Notes under the pieces: generated by a model
Seen by the model: the letters and a program-made list of their open reading frames with translations, nothing else
Database searches by the model: none
What the model was told of the DNA's origin: nothing
Shown here: positions 39,401 to 49,156 of the stretch, in pieces
How the letters are laid out: each line of letters begins with the position of its first letter
How positions within the stretch are numbered: position 1 is the first letter of the stretch
NCBI GenBank assembly: GCA_965222075.1
Contig: OZ244937.1
Coordinates: 864,001 to 928,000 of the forward strand
DNA from: Candidatus Latescibacterota bacterium
Lineage (GTDB): Bacteria > Latescibacterota > UBA2968 > GCA-2709665
DNA: 64,000 nucleotides
Direction: 5' to 3'
Made by a program: the position numbers and the translations under genes

Positions 39401-39867
39401 TGCACAAGCTGATGGAGGAAGTGCTCACCGGAGAGACGGCGGGGGACGCAGGCCCCTTACAAGCGCGTGCCGCCGAGCTCATCGTCCAACAGCAACTTGA
39501 GGATTCCCAGGATGAGTCGGCGGGGCCGTCCAGCGCCGAAATGGCCGCCACGGTCGTGCGTACGCTGCAACTCCCGGAGATTGCGGCCCTGCGTCCGCGG
39601 CTGGTTCCTGAGTTCTATGTCTACGCAAGCGCCATCAAAGGCCCGACGATGTCAATTACAGCGGGCATCGCCGACGCCGTCGCCATCGATGAAGATGGCC
39701 AAATCGACGTGGTGGTGGACTGGAAGAGCGACGTGAACCGCAGGGCGAGTCAGATCGCAATGTACCGCAAACAGGTTCGCGACTACCTGAAGGCAACCGC
39801 AGCGGAAACCGGGCTCATCGTGTTCCTCGGTTCGGATCACATCGAAACGGTCGTGCCGGGAGATTAG
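36427..39867 (+). CDS. AddA-like UvrD/SF1 helicase with RecB-type nuclease
   Basis: EAGAGSGKT, ITFTEAAA, TIHGFC, VDEFQDT, VGDPKQAIYRFRGAD, NFRS, TIHSAKGLE, YVALTRA, GIAD...VVDWKS. Confidence 0.92.
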   Translation: MACDRLHAPRADVRARIEALTHHERTLLVEAGAGSGKTTLMAGRVALLVAAGIAPKHIAAITFTEAAAAELLERIESIVKDFRSGTVPAELKTALPTGLSDAQRANLKIGANALDELTCTTIHGFCQKLIAPYPVETGHDPGAAIIDPANAELAYHDLMEAWLSARFGRDRSKDGLGRIPPIKNAGTTEEDFFTALLLKRTDDTLDLIKGTAQFLKEHRTAGAADSEIDHGGFGKFVNAVSAFAAWYDNCGIEEPDTAALIEDLRSVAENVGKLTAHPISGKCLAELLFHPPPSACKKGQRQFKQWQAKTKWKEAVRAAGGGVAQGEQLYAAGQALYGECAQVYSDFCDALGALAFERFIVEFDVLRELYRDYKRNAALLDFDDLLYKACDLLRNNEAVRKALAGRYSHILVDEFQDTDPLQAEIIWRLAGEGRSQTPWQDRAIRPGALFLVGDPKQAIYRFRGADVKIYLMAKDALSKRDPASILSITANFRSREPILSYVNEHFEGMLDETRGQPGFTALTATRSAGDETSVAALDITLDDGHKNAKGNLLTNKVREEEARVVADTVKKLIGSYPVYDKDEKKSRCAQPSDIALLAPTGTSLWIYEQALESSDIPIATQAGKGFFRRQEVQDLIAVARTVADARDTLAFGALIRGPLVGLSEEQIADEVEALHGEADGAGYLNVRTDPRLVRSDVLRHTLTVLQNLVRKGRRTTPYHLLAEAIEALHVRPILKARHPRGAERALANVELVLEMARAYAGRGIGDFARALWQRWNDGDTQVEGRPDAAADAVSIITIHSAKGLEWPIVIPINSTTRPTTQTKFLYRRRDDSVHFKIFDFPGPEYERVKLEENAELRYERVRLWYVALTRARDLLLLPRQNERIKGDWLSLINIDIESLSRFDTQGFDGTPVSPDVTSPNVQDAAAWKREATVIAANQRRISWHRPSRHDDALEPEEEPVAVFANIDASLEATAEAADAPPVRGGLSRGLILHKLMEEVLTGETAGDAGPLQARAAELIVQQQLEDSQDESAGPSSAEMAATVVRTLQLPEIAALRPRLVPEFYVYASAIKGPTMSITAGIADAVAIDEDGQIDVVVDWKSDVNRRASQIAMYRKQVRDYLKATAAETGLIVFLGSDHIETVVPGD

Positions 39868-40259
39868 ACGGCCAATCCGGATGAGGTTCGACCGGAAGTC
39901 GCGCTGGCCGAGGGACGGCGCTATGAGGAAGAGGTTGCGCAGGGTCTTTCGCCGGAAAGATTTCCCTTAAAAGCCAAAGTATCGCAGGAGCGTGGATAGA
40001 GCCCCCTTGCCGACTCGGAAGATAGTTTTTCCACGCCTGCGAGAGCGATATGCAAGAAAATTTAGAGAAGGCGTCCGCTATGCAACGCATCCATGGAGAC
40101 ACGCCGCGATGGGCGGCAGATACAAGATGATCTGGCAAAACGGCGAAAGACCGTGAGAATTGTAGAATGGGAGTTCGTCTCCAACACCATCAATATGTGG
40201 GATCGCTGGCCGCCCGCTGACTTTCTAATCGCGTGTCGCCCGCGTAGGAGAACTTAGCT

Positions 40260-41795
40260 ATGACTACGACATCCAGCGCAAAGCCCCTTGGGCTAACGGT
40301 TTCCAACTTCGGCCCGATCTCCGAGGCGAGCATTGAGTTGCGTCCAATGTCCGTGTTTGTGGGGCCGAGTAACACCGGCAAATCCTATATGGCTGCCCTG
40401 ATTTACGCACTGCATCAGTTTTTCAGCGAGTACTCTCGCAGACTATTTTGGAACAGGGGGCTTAGGACGATTCCGCCACAGGGCCTTAATTTGTCGAAAG
40501 ACGACATAGCAGATCTTTCTGTTTGGGCCAGGGAAACGCTTCCAGGCCTGGAAACTGCCGAACATCAGGGGCTCTTCCCATACGAGTTACCGAAATCTAT
40601 TGCGGCACTGGTACATCCTGTTCTCAACAGTGTCGCACATTTGAGCGAAGATTTGGATAGTGAAATCGTAAGATGTTTTGGGGTAGATAAAGCCAAAAAT
40701 TTGGTTCGATATCCGGATGGTGCCGGAACCGGTTTTTCCCTGTGCGGCAATACCTCAACGGAAACCGGACACAATGATCCTTTCGAGTACAATGTTACGG
40801 TGACAGAGCAAGGGGCTAAAATAGATGCTTCGATTCCGAGCACGATGCCCTTGCAAATCGGTCAGGCTATCAGTTCAAACAGGCGTTTACCCTGGCACTG
40901 GATGGTCGATGAGACAAAGCTGGGAGATGAGGAAAAAGAAATAGTCGCGATTGAATTACTTGGGGTTCTTGCCAGCGACATTGTTTCTGACATCGTCGGG
41001 CCCCTAACTTGTCCCGCTCATTACCTTCCCGCCGACCGAGCCGGCGTCATGCACGCACATCAAGTGGTAGTGCGGTCCTTGATAGCCAGTGCATCGCGGG
41101 CCGCGCTACGACCGGAGTCTCCCATGCCGGTACTTTCCGGGGTTCTTGGCGACTTTTTGGAACAGCTTGTTGCGTTGGCCGATTCACCGCGACGGGCACA
41201 TAAAGAGTACGGTGAGCTCGCCCTGCGTTTGGAACAGGCACTACTGCGCGGAGCCGTGCATGTTGAACAGTCGCCAATCGACTACCCTTCGTTTGTCTAT
41301 CGGCCGAATGGCTGGAAGCAGGATCTGCCATTGATGAATGCGTCATCGATGGTGTCGGAGTTGGCACCTGTAGTGCTGTACCTGCGTCATGTTGTTCAGC
41401 CGGGCGATCTGCTCATCATTGAAGAACCTGAGTCCCACCTGCACCCGGCAATGCAGGTAGAGTTTACCCGCCAACTCGCGGCGGTGGTGCAGTCTGGTAT
41501 CCGAATCATCATTACCACCCATAGCGAATGGGTACTGGAAGAGTTGGCTAATCTGGTTCGCTTAGCGGAAGTTCCCAAGGAGCGGCGCATGGGAATTGGT
41601 GATGAGGATGTCGTGCTCAGTCCCGACCAATTAGGAGCGTGGTTTTTCGAGCCGAGTCCAGAAGGAAGTGGTTCAGTGGTGCGGGAAATTTCGCTCGATA
41701 TCGAGTCGGCGACCTTCCCGGCTGGCTTCGGGTTGGTCACTGAATCCCTCTATAACCGATGGGCGGAAATTTCCGCCCGCATTCAGGAGGGATAA
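40260..41795 (+). CDS. ABC-type AAA ATPase (AAA_15/AAA_21, AbiEii/OLD-like)
   Basis: NFGPI, GPSNTGKS, YLPADR, ASSMVSEL, IIEEPESHLHP, ITTHS. Confidence 0.9.
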   Translation: MTTTSSAKPLGLTVSNFGPISEASIELRPMSVFVGPSNTGKSYMAALIYALHQFFSEYSRRLFWNRGLRTIPPQGLNLSKDDIADLSVWARETLPGLETAEHQGLFPYELPKSIAALVHPVLNSVAHLSEDLDSEIVRCFGVDKAKNLVRYPDGAGTGFSLCGNTSTETGHNDPFEYNVTVTEQGAKIDASIPSTMPLQIGQAISSNRRLPWHWMVDETKLGDEEKEIVAIELLGVLASDIVSDIVGPLTCPAHYLPADRAGVMHAHQVVVRSLIASASRAALRPESPMPVLSGVLGDFLEQLVALADSPRRAHKEYGELALRLEQALLRGAVHVEQSPIDYPSFVYRPNGWKQDLPLMNASSMVSELAPVVLYLRHVVQPGDLLIIEEPESHLHPAMQVEFTRQLAAVVQSGIRIIITTHSEWVLEELANLVRLAEVPKERRMGIGDEDVVLSPDQLGAWFFEPSPEGSGSVVREISLDIESATFPAGFGLVTESLYNRWAEISARIQEG

Positions 41796-42028
41796 TGTCA
41801 GTGACGGCAGTAGAAATAGTCAAGAAAAGAACCAACGCGCTGTGCCACGCAACAGTATGCCGTGACGGACGCTGCTCCCTATCGCTGGAGGACGTGCCGG
41901 AGCCGTCTGTTCTAATCAGCCTGGAACACGAGGCAGCGCCGGTTAAAGCCGACCAGGCACGTTGTGACTATGCAAGCCGGATCGGTATTCGTACCTGGAT
42001 ACGCTTTCAACGCCGCATTTCAAGGTAA
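41795..42028 (+). pseudogene. probably truncated partner gene of the ATPase
   Basis: TAATG coupling at 41793-41797; Cys-rich start that loses plausibility after RCDY. Confidence 0.5.
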
Positions 42029-42039
42029 CCAATCGGTGG

Positions 42040-42381
42040 TTGATTACCTATCGGTTGCTGGATTTTGGGGATTGGTTTGCTTATGATGAGATTGAGGGGG
42101 TTACAGGGCGTCCAACGTCCGGCTTGCTGGGGTTTCTTTTTCGGATTATCGGCGAGGGACGTATTAAACAGTCTCGCATGGCAATTTCAAAGGACGGCGT
42201 CCAGGTGTCTCGAGCGACGGCACAAAAGGGGTTTATGGAAAGGACGACCACAGTGACGGTGTATCCGGATGGGAAGATGGTGAAGGATGTACCGGCAGGC
42301 AGGCCGGATCTGCTGGAACTGGAGAAGCGGATCAAGCAGCCACTGGAGATTGACTATGTGAAGTTACCGGGCGATAGATAG
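42040..42381 (+). pseudogene. probable 3' fragment of an unknown gene
   Basis: 113-aa frame with TTG start and no RBS, abutting the truncated gene. Confidence 0.4.
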
Positions 42382-42389
42382 GGAATAAG

Positions 42390-42710
42390 ATGCGCATTGT
42401 CCACGTCAACCAGTTCTTTATACCCGGACTGAGCTATCAGGAAAATATCCTGCCTCACGAACAGGCAAAATTGGGACACGAGGTGTGGATCCTGACGAGC
42501 GACCGCCTGCCAAACCCGAACAAGTACCCTGGTTCTCAAGGCCGGCTTCCCCAGGGTATAGTGAGAGAAAATTCCGCGTTAAAGGCTCCGGAACCCGCCT
42601 GCCTGAGTGTCGACCGCGTAGGGGCCGAGGCAGCGTGCCCTGGGGTGTTTGCCAGGGCGGGTGGGCACACTTCTTACTTATTCTACCACCCTGTGGTTGG
42701 GATTGCATAA
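42390..42710 (+). pseudogene. N-terminal fragment of a GT4 glycosyltransferase
   Basis: MRIVHV..FFIPGLSYQEN.L...QAKLGHEVWILTSD, then no catalytic domain. Confidence 0.7.
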
Positions 42711-43931
42711 ATGGATACGGATAATGTAAAAAAACGGATGAAGCGGCCGGTCACGATCATTCAGAGATTTATTCCTCACTATCGAGTTCCCTTCTTTCAC
42801 GCCTTATCCAAACGGCTCGATGTGGACCTGGTCGTGGTGCACGGAGGCCGCTCCCGGGCTCCGGGCCATCCGGCCTACACAGGCAGGTTTCCTTTCAAAA
42901 CTGCGGTCGCCCCCTACTACGAATTTTCGCTGTTCGGATTTAATCTGGTCCTGCAACCGGGCAGTCTCAAGGCAGTCAGGTCGCATCCCGGCCGGGTCGT
43001 CGTTGCCGAAGGCTCGTTCAACAACATCTCCAGCCTCCTTGTTGCACTTTACTGCCGACTCACAGGCAGAAAGTTTATGTTATGGGTAGGTGGCTGGGAA
43101 CGTCCAGGATTAAGTCGCTGGAAACAAGCGGTCATACATACCTATATTCGCCTGGCATTGAAAATGGCCGATGGGTTTATTGCTTATGGTACCGTGGCAA
43201 AAGGCTATTTGACCCGATTTGGTGCACCGCCAGAATGGGTCTATATAGCACACAATTCCGTCGATACGGAAGATATATTCGCCAATTCCACTTACTATGA
43301 TCAAGAGGGAGATAGGCTGCGGCAGGTGCTGAAGCTGGAGGACAAGAAGATCGTGCTGAGCGTGGGGGCGTTGCGGCCGGAGAAACGCGTTGATACACTG
43401 ATACACGCTTATGCCCGGGTCCGGCGCAGGTCTCCAGAGGTCGCGCTGGTCATCGTCGGCGACGGGCCTCACAGGGAGGAACTGGAAGGGACCGTCGAAA
43501 CCTTCTCTGTGGAGAATGTCACATTTGCCGGCAGGGTCGTTGAAGAGGTCAATGCCTACTTTGCCATGGCCGATCTCTTCGTGCTGCCGGGCCTGGGAGG
43601 GCTGGCGCTCAACCAGGCCATGGCGTTTGGACTCCCGGTGATCTGTTCGGAGGCCGACGGAACCGAACGCGACCTTGTTGTTGAAGGGGTCAACGGGCAC
43701 ATCGTCAAAACAGGAGACGTGGGTGGACTCGCAGCAGTAATAGAGAACACGATCACCCACGACGAGCGGCTCAGGGAAATGGGCAGGCAGTCTCTGAAAA
43801 TCGTCAAAGAAAGAATCAACCTTCAAAACATGGTCCATGAATTCTCACGCGCGATCCATTCGGTCGCCTGCCTGCCGAGTCGCCTGCCTGCCGGCGAGGC
43901 AGGGCGCAGGCAGGCCTGCCGGAAAGCCTGA
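42711..43931 (+). CDS. GT4 glycosyltransferase
   Basis: SVGALRPEKRV, IVGDGP, ADLFVLPGLGGLALNQAMAFGLPVI; nested hairpin insertion near the C-terminus. Confidence 0.92.
   Translation: MDTDNVKKRMKRPVTIIQRFIPHYRVPFFHALSKRLDVDLVVVHGGRSRAPGHPAYTGRFPFKTAVAPYYEFSLFGFNLVLQPGSLKAVRSHPGRVVVAEGSFNNISSLLVALYCRLTGRKFMLWVGGWERPGLSRWKQAVIHTYIRLALKMADGFIAYGTVAKGYLTRFGAPPEWVYIAHNSVDTEDIFANSTYYDQEGDRLRQVLKLEDKKIVLSVGALRPEKRVDTLIHAYARVRRRSPEVALVIVGDGPHREELEGTVETFSVENVTFAGRVVEEVNAYFAMADLFVLPGLGGLALNQAMAFGLPVICSEADGTERDLVVEGVNGHIVKTGDVGGLAAVIENTITHDERLREMGRQSLKIVKERINLQNMVHEFSRAIHSVACLPSRLPAGEAGRRQACRKA
43867..43914. repeat. nested hairpin insertion (21-nt unit 43883-43903 inside a 27-nt unit)
   Basis: CCTGCCTGCCGAGTCG[CCTGCCTGCCGGCGAGGCAGG]GCGCAGGCAGG. 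Confidence 0.8.
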
Positions 43932-44040
43932 GACTCCCTTCGGTTGATCCGCTTTCCCCTTCCGGCTTTCCCGTCCGTACAGTGCCTGAACACCTGTGCG
44001 ACCTTCTCGACTTGATTCCTTCTATGTTGGGAGTCATTTT

Positions 44041-44748
44041 ATGAAAGAAAACCTATCCGAATCGTACAACGCAATTTACCAGGATGAAGTTGTCGAACTC
44101 GAAAGCCTCCATTTCCGCTGGCCCAGACACCGGGAAGAGGCCCTGATCAAGTGGACAGCTCCAGGAAGGCGCTTGCTCGAAATTGGATTCGGGAGAGGAA
44201 CCGTCCTTTACAATTTGCACAAACGCTTTGATCAATTATACGGCGTCGAGTTATCCCCGGTTCGGGTGCGGAAGGCACAAGAGGCGTTTAAAAAAGCCGA
44301 TATACCTAATGTAAATTTGTTGGTTGGAAATATAGAAAAGGGGCTCCCCTTCAAAGACGAGCAATTTGATTGTATTATTTGGGCCGATGTTATTGAGCAC
44401 GTTGTGGATCTATGGGCGACTATGGAGGAAATTCGTCGGCTGTTACATCCTGGAGGTAGACTCATAACGGTTACACCAAATATTGCCAAGTTGCGACGAC
44501 GGGTGTTATTATTGATGGGAACCTTTCCGTCGACCTCCGCTAAGAATGAGGGGTTAAACGTCCGCGAAGGCGAGCTGTTTGACGGCGGACATATGCACTA
44601 CTTTACGTTCTCGAGCATTGAAAAGCTCTATCGGAAATATTGGATACAACCTGTAGAAAAATATGGATTTGGAGAGGCCGGATGGGTGCATAATATATAC
44701 CCTTCTCTGTTGAGTGGGAGTGTTTTTGTTTTAGGTAAAAAAGAATAA
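44041..44748 (+). CDS. class I SAM-dependent methyltransferase
   Basis: LLEIGFGRG, LPFKDEQFD, DVIEHV, LHPGG, TPN. Confidence 0.9.
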   Translation: MKENLSESYNAIYQDEVVELESLHFRWPRHREEALIKWTAPGRRLLEIGFGRGTVLYNLHKRFDQLYGVELSPVRVRKAQEAFKKADIPNVNLLVGNIEKGLPFKDEQFDCIIWADVIEHVVDLWATMEEIRRLLHPGGRLITVTPNIAKLRRRVLLLMGTFPSTSAKNEGLNVREGELFDGGHMHYFTFSSIEKLYRKYWIQPVEKYGFGEAGWVHNIYPSLLSGSVFVLGKKE

Positions 44749-44799
44749 CACCAACCTGTACATTGCCAGGAACGCATACACCTTTGAAAGGGTTCGGAC

Positions 44800-45951
44800 T
44801 TGTCTTTGCCAGAGACGGTTTTGGTCGGATCATTACCTCCCCCCATTACGGGGCAGACCATAGCGTTTCAGATGGTCTGCGAGGGTTTTCAGGAAAAAAA
44901 GCTGCCATTTAGAGTAATCAACCTCAGTGGGGGAGAACATATAAGAGCGGAGGGCGGTTTCTCTTTAAGGCGATTGAGGCAGCTTCTCAAACCTTTCTAC
45001 AAGGCCTCGTTTTTCTTTTTATCCGGCCAAAGAAATCTATATATGAGCGCCACTCAAAATTGGATCGGGTTTCTCAGAGATAGCGTATTCATACTTCTGG
45101 CTACTTTGAGTGGAGGTCGTGTTGTGATTCACATCCATGGAGGAAACTATGACGGGTTCTACGCCTCTCTCTCACCCCTCCGTCGGTATGTGGTTCGTTC
45201 TGTAATCAAACAAGTGGATAGGATACTGATTCTGGGAAAAAGTCTATCCGGAATGTTCGATTTTGAACCCCATCTGCGGCATAAGATACGGGTCGTCTTT
45301 AACGGACTGCCATACAATGTCCGGGAAACTGCTGTTGAACCAAAACGTCTGCCGCTGGATGGGGAAGGTCGTCCCAAGCTCCTTTTCCTTTCTAACCTGA
45401 TTGTAAGCAAAGGCTACCTCCAGGTGCTTGAGGCGCTGCGTATCCTGGTCTGCGACCGGGGCATCGATGTTGAATGTCACTTCTGTGGAAGCTTCGTCCT
45501 CGCCTCCGATATATGCCCGTATTCAACCCCCGAAGAGGCAAAAGCTGATTTTCTGAGCCGGATTGAAAAGTTGGGACTTGGCGCGCACGCGTTCTGGCAT
45601 GGCTCCGTTGACGGAGACGAGAAGCTCGGCTTTCTGAACAACAGCCACTTTTTTGTGCTTCCCACAAATTATACCTACGAAGGACAACCGATATCGATCA
45701 TTGAAGCGCTCGCATTTGGGTTGGTGGTGATCACGACACCTCACCGTACGATACCCGAAATGTTAGAGGGAGGTAAGGCCGGAGAGTTGATCCCCTTCGA
45801 CCGGCCCGAAGAAATTGCACGGGTGATCGCGTCTTATATTCAAGACCCGCGAAAGTTCGAATCGATGAGTCGAGCATCCATCGATCGGTACCGTGAGGCG
45901 TTTACCCGGGAAGTCCACCTCGACAGACTGATCTCTTATATTCTGAACTAA
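44800..45951 (+). CDS. GT4 glycosyltransferase
   Basis: PPPITGQ, HIHGG, FLSNL...KG, EGQPISIIEALAFG. Confidence 0.92.
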   Translation: MSLPETVLVGSLPPPITGQTIAFQMVCEGFQEKKLPFRVINLSGGEHIRAEGGFSLRRLRQLLKPFYKASFFFLSGQRNLYMSATQNWIGFLRDSVFILLATLSGGRVVIHIHGGNYDGFYASLSPLRRYVVRSVIKQVDRILILGKSLSGMFDFEPHLRHKIRVVFNGLPYNVRETAVEPKRLPLDGEGRPKLLFLSNLIVSKGYLQVLEALRILVCDRGIDVECHFCGSFVLASDICPYSTPEEAKADFLSRIEKLGLGAHAFWHGSVDGDEKLGFLNNSHFFVLPTNYTYEGQPISIIEALAFGLVVITTPHRTIPEMLEGGKAGELIPFDRPEEIARVIASYIQDPRKFESMSRASIDRYREAFTREVHLDRLISYILN

Positions 45952-46053
45952 AGCTGCCCACCCCCAAACCCATCTCATAGCGCAGCAATTGGCGTCTCCC
46001 ATCCCGCCGGAGTGATGAAACAACGCACGACTATATCCGGATAAACAATTACG

Positions 46054-46418
46054 ATGAAAGAAAACCTGTCCGAATCGTACAACGCAATTTACCAGGATGA
46101 AGTTGTCGAACTCGAAAGCCTCCATTTCCGCTGGCCCAGACACCGGGAAGAGGTCCTGATCAAGTTGGATCCGATTCTGGAGCTATCCCTGAAGTAATCG
46201 CAGATGCGGGGCTTGTCTTTCCGGAGGGAAATGCTCGGGCGCTTGCAAAACACCTTCAGAAACTGGTAGAAAATCCCGAATTAGGTCTCGAATTAGGCGA
46301 ACGAGGCAGGACGCGCTGTCTTGAAAACTACACCCACAATCAGATTGTGAAAAAGACCTGTGACATCTATCGATCAACGCTGGGTCCCAGATTCGTTCAA
46401 CCTCCTCAAGGCCCGTAG
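46054..46418 (+). pseudogene. chimeric remnant: 112-nt copy of the methyltransferase 5' end joined out of frame to a GT4 C-terminus
   Basis: 46054-46165 matches 44041-44152 with 2 mismatches; 46164-46418 reads VGSDSGAIPEVIADAGLVFPEGN...ELGERGR. Confidence 0.85.
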
Positions 46419-46519
46419 AGTCCTCCCAAAATGTATCCTATGTGGGGAAATCTGTTGAAGTAAAAACGGTGCAACTGAGAAGAAAGCAATCAGCTAAGTG
46501 TTGTACAGGAGGATATTGT

Positions 46520-47528
46520 ATGAATCAAACATCCGGAGGTCACCAGGCTCGGTATACAGACGGAAAAGCGGCCGAGAAGGATATGCTTGCTGTCCTGAAG
46601 AATACCGAAGATGTAAGCCTCGACTCCGAGGAATTGATGCAGAAGGTGAAGGATCTGCCCTCATACCATCACCTGGGAGTAGGCCGGTCAGCGATCTTGA
46701 GGTGCCTCGATCTGCCGGCCGAAAGCAGGGTGCTGGAATTGGGCGCGGGATGCGGGGCCATCACCCGGTACCTGGGTGAAACCTTTGCCTGCGTGGAGGC
46801 GATAGAGGAAAGTCCTATTCGCGCCGAGATCGCCCGGGAGCGGTGTCGGGACCTTGAGAATGTGTCGGTTCTATGTGAGAATCTGAGATATGAGAGTTTT
46901 GCTCCCAACTACGATATCGCCGTAATCATTGGCGTTTTGGAGTACGCTCCGGTCTTTACCCATCCGGAAGAGGCTCCCCGGGATGCCTGTTTGAGGCTTT
47001 TGGAACTGGCCAAAAGCGCATTGGACTCCAATGGATACCTGGTCCTGGCAATAGAGAACAGGATCGGTCTGAACTACTGGGCCGGCGCTCCGGAAAACCA
47101 CACCGGAAGGTTATCCTCTCCTGAAACCCGATTCTTTAGATGCCGTTTTCACGAATATCATCCAGAACGAGGCGGGAGAGTGGCATTTTATCGATGAGGA
47201 GTGGTATGCCGATTCTAAAATCTCCATCGACTTCATGCTCTACAGATGCCTTCGGTCTTGCCTGTATCGCCACGGAATCCGCGATCATCAGGCGAGAAAG
47301 ATGATCCAGTCCCTGTATCCATCGTATAACCGCAGCAGACATAAGAAAAATCGGGCGCTCGCAGATGCCTTTCTACGCGAAAGATTCCCGAAGCTCATAA
47401 ATCCCAAGCTGCTCAAAAGGAGTCTGTTGTGGCGTATCGCCAGAAACGACATTGTCCGGTTTTACTTAGAGAAAGTTTGGTTCAGAACACCCCATCGTAT
47501 TCGGTCATTTATAAGGGATCGCCTCTGA
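46520..47528 (+). pseudogene. SAM-dependent methyltransferase, apparently broken by internal deletion
   Basis: VLELGAGCGAITRYLGE, IGVLEY, AIENRIGL.YWAGAPE.H; frame ends at 47197 and a C-terminal piece continues in another frame. Confidence 0.7.
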
Positions 47529-47687
47529 TAACTCGACAACACGTGATGTCCGTTGATCATGATCAATCGGGGTCGTAAGGCCGGGATAAGGACGATGTTT
47601 CAATTGGCGTACCCCGCCGTTTTTTTGGAATATGGCATCATTGCTGTCTAAAAACCGTTTACAGGGCTGGAAAAGGAAAGCCTGATT

Positions 47688-48767
47688 ATGAAAATCGCCA
47701 TTACCGTTGAAGCGCTAAAAAACGAATATTTCGCTGGAGTTGAGCAGTATATCTCCAATCTCACCTGCCAACTTGTAAATCGCGGCGAACTCGATCTGAC
47801 TCTTATTGCACCGTCAGATTTTCCTCGTCCCCTTTTTCCCGATAATACCAATGTGATTTACCATACTCCGGCTCTGGTGTTAGGGAGCGGTTTTTTTTCG
47901 GCTGTTTTTTCCCCGCCCAAAAATCTTTCAAATTTCGATCTGATTCATTGCCCTACCGTGACTGCCCCATTTTTTTTTCGGCCAAGCGCCAAGGTTGTTA
48001 TGACCGTTCACGACCTGATCCCCCTTCTTTTTCCGAAGTGGCAGACCATGAGACGGGTTCTCTACTTCAAATATTTCTTGAAGCATCGATTCCGATTTGT
48101 GGACAGGTTTATTGCCGTTAGCAACAGCACCAAACAGGACCTCATTGATCTTTTCCATATACCTGATCATAAAATCGATGTCGTCCACGAAGGGGTTTCC
48201 GAGCAGTTCAAACCAAGCATGGAAGCAAGAGAAGACTTCATCCTGGCTGTAAGCACTCTGGAGCCGAGAAAAAACTTCAAGAGAATCATTGAAGCCTACA
48301 TCCTTCTTCGACAGAAAAAAGAGACCAGCGATAGGCTGGTTATTGTAGGAAAAGAGGGATGGTTTTTTGATGATATCTTGAACGTTCCACGAGAATTTCA
48401 AGATGACATTATCTTCAAGGGCTACGTATCTGAAGCGGAGTTGATTCGCCTATTTCAGACCGCACGTTTTTTTGTTTATCCTTCAATGTACGAAGGCTTC
48501 GGCCTTCCCGTTCTTGAGGCCATGGCTTGTGGATGCCCTGTCATAACGAGTAATACATCAAGTATGCCTGAAGTCGCTGGCGAAGCGGCCCTTTTTGTAG
48601 ATCCTTACCAGATAGAAGAGATAAAAAATGCCATCTACACTCTGACAAACGATGCAGCATTGTGCGCTGCTATGGGCGCTGAAGGCATTCTCAGAGCCTC
48701 ACAATTTTCATGGCAGCGCACAGCCGAACAAACCTCTCAAGTGTATGAAAGAGAACTGGCCCGTTGA
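47688..48767 (+). CDS. GT4 glycosyltransferase (mannosyltransferase-like)
   Basis: MTVHDL, TLEPRKN, YPSMYEGFGLPVLEAMACGCPV. Confidence 0.95.
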   Translation: MKIAITVEALKNEYFAGVEQYISNLTCQLVNRGELDLTLIAPSDFPRPLFPDNTNVIYHTPALVLGSGFFSAVFSPPKNLSNFDLIHCPTVTAPFFFRPSAKVVMTVHDLIPLLFPKWQTMRRVLYFKYFLKHRFRFVDRFIAVSNSTKQDLIDLFHIPDHKIDVVHEGVSEQFKPSMEAREDFILAVSTLEPRKNFKRIIEAYILLRQKKETSDRLVIVGKEGWFFDDILNVPREFQDDIIFKGYVSEAELIRLFQTARFFVYPSMYEGFGLPVLEAMACGCPVITSNTSSMPEVAGEAALFVDPYQIEEIKNAIYTLTNDAALCAAMGAEGILRASQFSWQRTAEQTSQVYERELAR

Positions 48768-49093
48768 AAGCCACCCATATTTTCAAAACTTGTATTCGCT
48801 TACAGCCAAGTATCCGCGCCGTGTTAACTGAACCTGGGGATGCGCAGAGATTACCTTTATCCGACGATTGTGTCGATTTGATGCGCGGGCGCGATACCGA
48901 AACGGGTCATTGTTTAGCCGACATCGGACGCGCGATAGGGTTTGAGGTTCCCGCTATCGGGATCAGAAATTTGGATAGAAACCGTCGCATGCTCCCGGCT
49001 GGCGCTACGCTCAATCAGTCTTCTCAGATTCAACAGCGCATGCATCAAGAGTATGTCATCGGCTACATCAAACCCACAAAGGTTGAAATCTGA
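48764..49093 (+). pseudogene. internally deleted remnant resembling a DNA methyltransferase C-terminus
   Basis: GDAQRLPLSDDCVDL joined directly to LADIG...GF...R...RRM...EYVI; catalytic motif absent. Confidence 0.45.
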
Positions 49094-49156
49094 TGGCTGA
49101 AATCGTAAAATTTTTATGCCCAATCAGAGTTTTTGTGAGATAAGGAGAGGCCATCA

